A DNA stretch of 64,000 nt, from positions 12,958,001-13,022,000 of the forward strand of contig JBHGNT010000002.1 in the NCBI GenBank assembly GCA_043228905.1, written 5' to 3'. The stretch is from Azolla caroliniana. Its lineage: Eukaryota > Plantae > Polypodiophyta. A model generated the notes under the pieces. It made no database searches. It was not told the DNA's origin and worked only from the letters and a program-made list of their open reading frames with translations. Below, piece by piece: positions 24,679-34,600 of the stretch. A program made the position numbers and the translations under genes. Every line of letters begins with the position of its first letter. Positions within the stretch are counted from its first letter, which is position 1.

Positions 24679-27600
24679 ATGGACGAATCGTTTGGCGGCA
24701 TGTTCAAGCTCACCGGCTCCAACTATTCAGTGTGGAAGTCGAAGATGAGGGACATGCTCGTGGTTAAAGACCTCTGGCTGCCGGTTCAGTTCGGGGACAA
24801 GAGACCGGACAAAATCGACGCTGCGATATGGGAGGTGATGCACATGAAGACAACGGCGTACATACGGTGCTTCATCGACATGAGCCTGTACAACAACTTC
24901 AATGAAGAGAGTAAGGCTCATGAACTCTGGGAGAAGATCGGCACAATGTTCCAGAACAAAAACGCTGTCAATCAGGCGTCGGTATTCCGGAAGCTTGTAA
25001 GACTCCGGTACCAAGATGGCCACAGCATGACGGAGCATATGAATGCCTTCCAGGGGCTGATTCACCAGGCAACATCATTGGAAGTACCTCTTGCCGATGA
25101 GGTCCTAGCGCTACTCCTGCTCGGTTCCCTCCCGGATAGCTGGGAGACGTTGGTTGTTACTTTGGGCAACGCCAGGCCGGAAGGAAAACGACTATCCCTA
25201 GCAAGAGTAAAGTCGAGCTTGCTAGATGAGGAGGCTCGTCGGAAAGACAAAGATACGAGCTCCGACTCCAAAGCGCTCCTTACCGAATCGGAACGCGGAA
25301 GACAGAGAAACCGTAGTCCCCAGAACCGGGAGAAGTCGGGGACACGATCAAAGTCAAGGGGGAGGCCTACTTGCTTCTATTGCGGCAAGCCGGGACACTT
25401 CCAAAAGAACTGTCGGCATTTCCGTAAAGACAAGGAAACCGACGGTACCGATTCGAAGCAAACCCCGAATCGGAACGGTATAGACCGGAACGGTAAAGAC
25501 CGGAGGGGGCCGGACCGGAAGGGAACGACGACAATTGCGGCAAGTGAAGAGGAGTTGATGCTCATCACCGAGGAAAGTGAGATAAACCATGCCGGCGATG
25601 AGATGACCTGGGTGGTAGACTCCGGAGCGTCGTTCCACCTTACCCCGGACCGGAAATGCTTCTCATCCTACTCAGCCGGTGATCACGGCTGTGTCCGGAT
25701 GGGGAATGAAGGAACATGCCAAATTGTCGGCATAGGAGACGTGTGGCTGACAACACCAACCGGATGTAAGTTGCTGTTGAAAGATGTCCGACACGTTCCG
25801 GAAGTTCGTCTGAACCTGATATCAGCCGGTCGGCTAGATGATGAAGGCTACACGGGTAGCATCCGGAACGGTGTCATGAAGTTCAGCAAAGGGAGCCTGA
25901 TTGTGGCTCGGGCCCGGAAGGTAAACACACTGTACCTGATGAATGCCCGGTTATGTCCGGAAGAAGTGAACGTGGCTTCCGACACTGCCGGTGAGCTGTG
26001 GCACAAGAGGCTATGTCACATGAGTGAGAAGGGGATGAAGAGGCTTGGAGACGACAACCTCATTCTAGTGAAGAACGTGCACTTAGAGAAGTGCACTGAT
26101 TGTCTAGCCGGCAAGCAGAACCGGACCTCCTTCCGACCAAGGCCACCGATGAGACGCAATGCACCACTGGAGCTGGTGCATACGGATGTGTGTCAAGTAG
26201 ACACGAAGTCACATGCCGAAGCGCAGTACTTCGTGACGTTCATAGATGACCACAGCCGGAAGCTGTGGGCCACACCGCTGAAGACGAAGGATCAGGTGTT
26301 ATCCGTCTTCAAAGAGCTCCACGCGAGAGTGGAAAGAGAAACCGGCAGGAAGCTGAAGGTGGTTCAAGCAGATAACGGAGGTGAGTACCGGGGGCAGTTC
26401 GAGGAGTACTGCCGCTCGAAGGGAATCCGGCTCGAATTTACCGTGCCGAAGACGCCGGAGCTAAACGGACTGGCCGAGAGGATGAACCGGACCATAATGG
26501 AGAGGGTCCGGAGTATGCTAGCGCATACAAAACTACCCAAGAAGTTTTGGGCTGAGGCACTGTCGACGACGACATATGTGATAAACAGATCACCCTCAGT
26601 ACCCTTGGACGGAGACACGCCACAGAGAGTATGGACCGGTAAGGAAGTGTCCTACCGGCATCTAAGGGTGTTCGGGTGTCTCGCGTACGTGCATGTAGCA
26701 AAGGACCGGAGAGGAAAGCTAGATCCAAAGACCCGGCCATGCATATTCCTCGGTTACGGTGACGACGAGTTCGGCTACCGAGTGTGGGACCCGGTCGACA
26801 AGAAGGTATTCCGGAGTCGAGATATTATCTTCATGGAGGACAAGACGCTCGCCGACTGGGAGTCGGAGGAGAAGATAATGAACTCCGAGTCGACCGGTAA
26901 GGATAGACTCTACAATGAGCAGACCCAACCGGCAAGGGACCGGTTAGCACTCGAGGAACCAGCCGGTTACGGTGAGGGTACCGAACCGGCAGAAGAAGAA
27001 GTAGAGGAAGCTGAGACCGGAACCGGTCAAGACCCCGAATCGGATTCGGATGAAGAGCAAATGGAGGAACCGATTACCGAAGCCCGAAGACGTAGATATC
27101 CTCTCAGAGAGAGAAGGGCGCCCCGGAGATTTCCGGATGCAGAGCATGTCCTGCTGACCGATGAGGGGGAGCCGGAAAGCTTCGAAGAAGCGAAGGTTGA
27201 CACCCACAACCGAAAATGGTTAAGTGCCATGCAGGATGAGATGGATTCCCTGCATGAGAACCATACGTACGAATTGGTGGAGCTGCCGAAAGGAAAGCGG
27301 GCACTCCGAAACAAGTGGGTATTCAAGTTGAAACCGGGCGATGCCGGCAACCCCCCGAGATACAAAGCCAGGATCGTGGTGAAGGGGTTCCAGCAGAAGA
27401 AGGGCGTGGACTTCGACGAAATATTCGCCCCGGTAGTAAAGATGACCTCCATCCGGACGGTGCTGAGTATAGCAGCAAGCATGGATCTCAAGGTAGAGCA
27501 GCTGGACGTGAAGACGGCATTCCTTCACGGCGACCTCGAAGAGGAGATCTACATGCAGCAACCGGAAGGATTTGTGGAGAAAGGGAAGGAGCACCTGGTA

Positions 27601-28740
27601 TGCCGGTTGAAGAAGAGCCTATACGGACTGAAGCAGGCTCCTCGGCAATGGTATCGGAAGTTCGACTCCTTCATGACCGATCAAGGGTACCACAAGACGC
27701 AGGCCGATCACTGCGTGTTTGTGAAGAAGTTCGAAGGAGGGGACTTCCTGATACTCCTCCTGTACGTGGATGACATGTTGATCGTCGGACGAGACCAAGG
27801 AAAAATACGGATGCTGAAGAAGGCTCTCAACTGGACCTTCTCAATGAAGGACTTGGGTCCGGCAAGACAGATGTTGGGGATGCACATCATTCGGGACCGG
27901 TCAGTGAAGCAACTATGGCTGTCACAGGAGAAGTATGTGACAAAGGTGCTTCACCGGTTCAACATGTCAGATGCAAAACCGGTCGGATCGACACTTCCGG
28001 CAAACTGCAAGTTGTCCGGCAAGCAAAGCCCGAAGAAAAAAGGAGAGAAGGCAGATATGATGAAGATTCCATATGCCTCTGCCGTCGGGAGCTTGATGTA
28101 CGCAATGGTTTGTACCCGACCGGACATTGGATACGCAGTCGGAGTGGTGAGCCGGTTCATGAGTAATCCCGGCAAGGAGCATTGGATCGCGGTCAAGTGG
28201 ATACTCCGGTATTTGAAGGGCACTTCAAATATGTGCCTCCGATTCGGCACCGGAAAACCTCAACTGGACGGTTTCACCGATTCGGACATGTCGGCTGATG
28301 TGGATACCAGCCGGTCTACATCCGGGTATGTGATGACATATGCAGGGGGAGCTGTCTCGTGGCAGTCGAGGCTGCAGAAGACGGTTGCATTGTCAACCAC
28401 AGAGGCGGAGTACATGGCGGCTGTGGAAGCCGGCAAGGAAATATTATGGATGAAGGACTTCATCGGAGAGCTCGGTATCCAGCAAGAGGAATACCGACTC
28501 TACTGCGACAGTCAAAGTGCCATCCACCTTGTTAAGAATGCGGCCTACCATTCCCGGACGAAGCATATCCAGCGGAGGTATCACTGGATTTGGGAAAGGG
28601 TAGATGACCAAGAGTTCGCACTGGCGAAGATCCACACGGCCGAGAACGGGTCGGATATGCTGACCAAAGTGCTGACACCCGACAAGCTGGACGCATGCCA
28701 GAAGAGGATCGGGCTGGAAAGACACCCCATGCCGGAGTGA
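24679..28740 (+). CDS. gag-pol: Intact Copia Gag-Pol polyprotein, 1353 aa (Gag, zinc knuckle, protease, integrase, RT, RNase H)
   Basis: First ATG after the PBS (MDESFGG); CFYCGKPGHFQKNC, WVVDSGAS, LWHKRLCH, DNGGEY, LLYVDDML, FTDSD, STTEAEY, RTKHI; no stops. Confidence 0.95.
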   Translation: MDESFGGMFKLTGSNYSVWKSKMRDMLVVKDLWLPVQFGDKRPDKIDAAIWEVMHMKTTAYIRCFIDMSLYNNFNEESKAHELWEKIGTMFQNKNAVNQASVFRKLVRLRYQDGHSMTEHMNAFQGLIHQATSLEVPLADEVLALLLLGSLPDSWETLVVTLGNARPEGKRLSLARVKSSLLDEEARRKDKDTSSDSKALLTESERGRQRNRSPQNREKSGTRSKSRGRPTCFYCGKPGHFQKNCRHFRKDKETDGTDSKQTPNRNGIDRNGKDRRGPDRKGTTTIAASEEELMLITEESEINHAGDEMTWVVDSGASFHLTPDRKCFSSYSAGDHGCVRMGNEGTCQIVGIGDVWLTTPTGCKLLLKDVRHVPEVRLNLISAGRLDDEGYTGSIRNGVMKFSKGSLIVARARKVNTLYLMNARLCPEEVNVASDTAGELWHKRLCHMSEKGMKRLGDDNLILVKNVHLEKCTDCLAGKQNRTSFRPRPPMRRNAPLELVHTDVCQVDTKSHAEAQYFVTFIDDHSRKLWATPLKTKDQVLSVFKELHARVERETGRKLKVVQADNGGEYRGQFEEYCRSKGIRLEFTVPKTPELNGLAERMNRTIMERVRSMLAHTKLPKKFWAEALSTTTYVINRSPSVPLDGDTPQRVWTGKEVSYRHLRVFGCLAYVHVAKDRRGKLDPKTRPCIFLGYGDDEFGYRVWDPVDKKVFRSRDIIFMEDKTLADWESEEKIMNSESTGKDRLYNEQTQPARDRLALEEPAGYGEGTEPAEEEVEEAETGTGQDPESDSDEEQMEEPITEARRRRYPLRERRAPRRFPDAEHVLLTDEGEPESFEEAKVDTHNRKWLSAMQDEMDSLHENHTYELVELPKGKRALRNKWVFKLKPGDAGNPPRYKARIVVKGFQQKKGVDFDEIFAPVVKMTSIRTVLSIAASMDLKVEQLDVKTAFLHGDLEEEIYMQQPEGFVEKGKEHLVCRLKKSLYGLKQAPRQWYRKFDSFMTDQGYHKTQADHCVFVKKFEGGDFLILLLYVDDMLIVGRDQGKIRMLKKALNWTFSMKDLGPARQMLGMHIIRDRSVKQLWLSQEKYVTKVLHRFNMSDAKPVGSTLPANCKLSGKQSPKKKGEKADMMKIPYASAVGSLMYAMVCTRPDIGYAVGVVSRFMSNPGKEHWIAVKWILRYLKGTSNMCLRFGTGKPQLDGFTDSDMSADVDTSRSTSGYVMTYAGGAVSWQSRLQKTVALSTTEAEYMAAVEAGKEILWMKDFIGELGIQQEEYRLYCDSQSAIHLVKNAAYHSRTKHIQRRYHWIWERVDDQEFALAKIHTAENGSDMLTKVLTPDKLDACQKRIGLERHPMPE

Positions 28741-29168
28741 AGGGGGAGTTTGTTGGTAGACAGGTCCCTCCGGATGGTGCAGGCCCGGTATGAACCGGAT
28801 GAGGAGAACCCGACTTCGGAGAGTCGGATGGTGCAGGCCCGGTATGAACCGGATGAGGAGTACCCGACTTCTGGGAGAGTCGGATGGTACAGGCCCGGTA
28901 TGAACCGGATGAGGAGAACCCGACTTCTGGGAGAGTCGGATGGTGCGGGCCCGGTATGAACCGGATGAGGAGTACCCGACTGCGGAGAGTCGGATGTTGT
29001 AGGCCCGACTGCGGAGAGCCGGATGAAGCCCATCAAGGCTACATTTGTAAATAGCCGAAAAGTCATATTAGTATAAATATGACTTAGGGCAAACTTTTAT
29101 GTTGGTTGTTGTCATTCTTGTTGTTCTTCTTTCTTGTTGGTGCAAGTAGAAATTAGAGCGCGCAACTG

Positions 29169-29203
<35 letters not shown>

Positions 29204-31347
29204 GAGGTCGTTGCCTCTATTGTAACCACCGCCTGTGGCGAAGATCTGAGAACACGAGGTCATTGCCTCAGTGATCTCACGGTTGTATATTTTTGCATAG
29301 TGACAGTTTGCAGCTGGTGGGCTGCCGTGGTTTTTCCCCTATTTTGGGGTTTTCCACGTATACCTCCTGTGTACCATTTCTCCTCTCCTTTTTTCTTTTG
29401 TGTCGCGTTTCATTACCTGTTTTCTGTGTATGAAAAGAATCTCGGTTGTGGCCGAGCGTCGGACATAAGGAATGTCGAGACCCCAACATGAGATAATACA
29501 AGAGTTTCATCTTCGTTATCCCCATAAACCAAAACCTAGTTCATGCATTGCGACTCATGGAACTCGTCATCAAAGGAGGGGATGATGTCACAAAATGTGA
29601 ATATCAGGGTTTGAACTCGTGACCTTCAAACAATGGTCTGACACTTCAACCATTGCACCGACTCATTTTCATATTATTATTATTCAAGAACTCTAGAGCA
29701 CTAGACACATTAGATGACCGCCAAATGGCATGCACCCTGTACGCCAAGTGGTGCACAACATGTATGCCAAATGGCGATCATGCACATTCTGATGTACAAT
29801 ATATAAGTCGAAGATCTGCTTAGTGTTGAACCATTCCGGTTCAACACCAGTCTTCAACAACCTTGTAATATCGGTTTCCTGTAATAGAAATTCTTGTATT
29901 TTTGTCTTGTAAACGTCTTCTCGTTTGTTATTATCTTCTTTTCTTCCAAATCGACCTTGTCTTCGAAGTTTGGGTCGTGACACCATGTGTCGTTGACATC
30001 GAGTGCCCGCATTTCTTCCTTCATAGCGGCACGCCAATTTGCGTCCTTTGCCCCTTTTGCGTAGGTCTTTGGCTCATGCACTTCCACCACCTTGGTCATT
30101 TACACATAGTGATGCGTGATGTACTCATTGTACCTGTACCACTTCAAGGGGTTCTTCTGGCAGGAAGACTGGTGTATCTTTACGTTACCTAGTTTGAAGC
30201 CCTTCTTGGCCGATCCAGACTTCATTCTCGAAGATCCACCTTTATCCTTTCCGGAGTCGGATTCGCTCTGATCCTACTCAATGTTTCTGGTTTCGTATTC
30301 TGGCATCTTCTTCTTCCCCTTCTCTTTGCGCGTGAACCGTTCCTCGGTTCCTTGAGCGGGGAGAGCACGGTAGAGCCTCCATTACTTGCCGGTTCCTCAT
30401 CCGACTGGTCATCCCGACTCAGCCACTCATTCGGTCCACTCAACCGAAATGAGATCAGACTCTCTTCTACATTGCTGAGTTCTTGATCTTCTATCTAGAC
30501 CGATTCATGCTTACTAGCCTCATCCTCCGGTATCGGGTCGGGGTCGGAAGTCGGAGCCGGTAAGGCATACCATGATGCCGTCTCATCAAACTCAACATCC
30601 CGGCTAACTCGGACCTACTTCGTCCGGGGGTTATAACACTTATACCCCTTTTGCTCATGTGAGTAATCGACCAGGATGCATTTCTCCAACTTTGCATCCA
30701 ACTTCCTTCGCTTCTCATCCGGCACATGCACATATGCAATGCTACCGAATATACGAAGGTGTCTCAAATTCGGCTTGCGTCCAAAATACAGCTAATGCGC
30801 GGACACCTTGTCACCGATCCGGTTTTGGATATAGACGGCCGTCCGGACCTCCTCGGCGTAGTAGAAATGGGGCATGCTCTTCTCCTCCAACATTGCCCTT
30901 GCCGCGTCAACAATCGACCGGTTCTTCCTTTTGGCCACACCGTTTTGCTCCGGTGTGTATCTGCAACTGAACTCTCTCAGAATTCCTTTTTTCTACAGAT
31001 AACTGTTGAATTGGACAGAAAAATATTCTTTTCCACCATCCAACCGCAGGCACTTGATCTTCCTCTCCGTTTCCCATTCAACCAGGCTTTGCAGGTTCTG
31101 AAAACACTCGAAGACTTCACTCTTCCGCTCAATGAGGTAGATCCATGTGTTCCGACTGTAGTCGTCGATGAAGGAGACGAAATACCGACTCCCGCCAAGA
31201 CTAACGTTCTGTGTTGGTCCCCATACATCCAAATGAATAAGGTCGAGCTTGTTATGGGTACAGTTTCTTTAAGTGGGGAATGGAAGCCGGTGTTGCTTCC
31301 CGAGTTGGCAGACTTCACATACTTGGGCCTTTCGGCCACTAAACTTC

Positions 31348-31610
31348 TGTTGCACACAGTGCTCGGCCACAACCGACAAATAGGATTAACTCACAGAAAA
31401 TAGGAAATACAAAGTACACTAAGACAGTAGAGAGAAGAGTACACAGGATATTTTACGTGGAAAACCCTAAATGGGAAAAACCACGGGAGTCCTCAAACTC
31501 CAACTATCACTATGAACAGAGATGTACAATGGTGAAGCTTCAAGGCAACAACCTTAAGCTCACTATCTTCGCCACAGGCGGCGGTAATACACAGAGGCAA
31601 CGACCTCCTC

Positions 31611-31641
<31 letters not shown>

Positions 31642-34600
31642 CTGCTCTCTTCACTCTCTCTAAGTGAAAACAGAAAAATAAGCAGCAACATAAACTGTTT
31701 GCCCTAAGTCATATTTATACACATGTGACTTTCGGACTATTTACACATATAGCCTCAAGGGCCCTTGGCAAACATATTTATAAATATGTCCCCGCATCCG
31801 GATCTCTCTCCGGGTACATTCATCATCCGGCTCCGTAGCCGGGTCTTCGTCATCCGGCTCCGTAGCCGGGTACTCTTCATATCCGGAGAGTGCGCTCACC
31901 GGGCCTGTATCTTCATCCGGTTCCGTAACCGTAACCGGGCTTGCCGTCATTCATCTCCGGACATCCCATCCGGAGGGACCGAAAATCCCAACAAACTCCC
32001 CCTTCACTTCGGCATGGGATGTCTCTCCAGTCCGATCCTCTTCCGGCACGCTTCCAGCTTGTCGGGTGTGAGCACTTTGGTCAGCATGTCTGACCCGTTC
32101 TCGTCCGTGTGGATCTTCGTCAGCACGAACTCCTGGTCTTCTATCCTTTCCCGGATCCAGTGATATCTTCGCTGGATGTGCTTCGTCCGGGAGTGATAGG
32201 CCGCATTCTTCGCAAGGTGGATGGCACTCTGACTGTCGCAATAGAGTCGATACTCCTCCTGCCGGATACCGAGCTCTCTAATGAAGTCCTTCATCCATAT
32301 TATTTCCTTGCCGGCTTCAACAGCCGCCATGTACTCCGCCTCCGTGGTTGACAATGCAACCGTCTTCTGCAGCCTCGACTGCCACGAAACAGCTCCCCCT
32401 GCATACGTCATCACATACCCTGATGTGGACCGGCTGGTATCTGCATCAGCCGACATATCCGAATCGGTAAAGCCGTCAAGTTCGGGCTTACCGGAGCCGA
32501 ATCGGAGGCACACGTTTGCCGTACCCTTTAGGTATCGGAGTATCCACTTGACCGCGTTCCAGTGCTCTTTGCCGGGATTGCTCATGTACCGGCTCACCAC
32601 TCCGACTGCATATCCTATGTCCGGTCTTGTACACACCATTGCGTACATCAAGCTCCCGACGGCAGAGGCATATGGTACTTTCATCATGTCCTCCTTCTCA
32701 GCCTTTGTCTTGGGACTTTGCTTGCTGGACAGCTTGCAGTTTGCCGGGAGAGTCGACCCGACTGGTCTTGCTTCCGACATGTTGAACCGTTGAAGCACCT
32801 TTGTCACGTACTTCTCCTGTGATAGCCACAACTGCTTCTTCTTCCGGTCCCGGATGATGTGCATCCCTAGTATTTGCCTCGCCGGACCCAGGTCCTTCAT
32901 TGAGAAGGTTCGGTGAAGAGCCTTCTTCAGCATCCGTATCTTGACCTGGTCCCGTCCGACGATCAACATGTCGTCCACGTATAGGAGGAGTATTAGAGAG
33001 TCTCCTCCGTCGAACTTCTTCACAAACACGCAGTGATCGGACTGCGTCTTGTGGTACCCTTCGTCGGTCATGAAGGAGTCGAACTTCCGGTACCACTGCC
33101 GGGGAGCCTGCTTCAGTCCGTAAAGGCTCTTCTTCAACCGGCATACCAGGTGCTCCTTCCCTTTCTTCTCGAATCCTTCCGGTTGCTGCATGTAGATCTC
33201 TTCTTCGAGGTCACCGTGAAGGAATGCCGTCTTCACGTCCATCTGTTCTACCTCGAGGTCCATGCTTGCCGCTATGCTCAGCACCGTCCGGATGGAGGTC
33301 ATCTTCACTACCGGGGCAAATATCTCGTCGAAGTCGACGCCCTTCTTCTGCTGAAACCCCTTCACCACGATCCTGGCTTTGTATCTCGGGGGGTTTCCGG
33401 CATCTCCCGGTTTCAGCTTGAACACCCACTTGTTACGGAGTGCCCGTTTTCCTTTCGGCAACTCCACAAGTTCATATGTGTGGTTCTCATGCAGGGAATC
33501 CATCTCCTCCTGCATGGCACTTAACCACCTGCGGCTATGGGTGTCATGCTTCGCTTCTTCAAAGCTCTCCGGCTCCCCTTCGTCGGTTAGCAGCACGTGC
33601 TCTGGTTCCGGAAATCTCCGGGGGGCCCTTCTCTCTCTTAGAGGATATCTCCGTTCCGGAGCTTCGGTAACCGGTTCTTCCGATTCTTCTTCATCCAAAT
33701 CCATTTCGGGATCGGGGCCGGTTCCGGTATCATTTTCGTCTTCTTCGGCCGGTTCTATTTCTTCACCGTCTTCGGCCGGATCCTCGAGTGCTAACCGGTC
33801 CCTTGCCGGTCGGGACTGCTCCTCGTAGAGTTGATCCTCACCGGTCGACTTGGAGCTCTTCATCTTCTTCTCCGACTCCCAGTCGGCGAGTGTCTTGTCC
33901 TCCATGAAGATGATATCTCTACTCCTGAATATCTTCTTGTCGACCGGGTCCCATACTCGGTAGCCGAACTCGTCGTTGCCGTAACCGAGGAATATGCATG
34001 GCCGGGTCTTTGGATCTAGCTTTCCTCTCCGGTCCTTTGCCACATGCACGTATGCGAGACACCCGAACACCTTCAGATGCCGGTAGGACACTTCCTTACC
34101 GGTCCACACTTTCTGCGGCGTGTCTCCGTCCAAAGGTACTGAGGGTGATCTGTTTATCACGTATGTCGCCGTCGACATTGCCTCAGCCCAAAACCCCTTG
34201 GGTAATTTTGCATGCGCCAGCATACTCCGGACCCTCTCCATTATGGTCCGGTTCATCCTCTCGGCCAGCCTGTTCAGTTCCGGCGTCTTCGGCACAGTGA
34301 ACTCGAGCCGGATTCCCTTCGAGCGACAGTACTCCTGGAACTGCCCCCGGTATTCCCCTCCGTTATCCGCTCGTATCGCTTTCAGCTTCTTGCCGGATTC
34401 CCTTTCCACTCTCGCGTGGAGTTCTTTGAAGACGGACAATACTTGGTCCTTTGTCTTCAGCGGTGCCGTCCACAGCTTCCGGCTGTGATCATCTATGAAT
34501 GTTACGAAGTACTGGGCTCCGCCATGTGACTTCGTTTCTACCTGACACACATCAGTGTGTACCAACTCCAATGGTACACCACGTCTCATCGGTGGTCTTG

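Larger units (their letters stand above)
23913..29488 (+). mobile_element. Full-length Tork/Tnt1-like Copia C1
   Basis: LTRs 23913-24648 and 28751-29488 (about a dozen transitions plus GA-repeat length); PBS-Met 24651-24662; PPT 28740-28748; TSD TGAGC/TGAGA (4 of 5). Confidence 0.97.
22148..29982 (+). mobile_element. Chromovirus (Ty3/Gypsy, Tcn1/Reina-like), internally deleted
   Basis: LTRs begin TGTCACAAAATG at 22148 and 29586; 3' LTR 29586-29982; PPT 29572-29585; TSD CCATG (22143-22147 / 29983-29987). Confidence 0.9.
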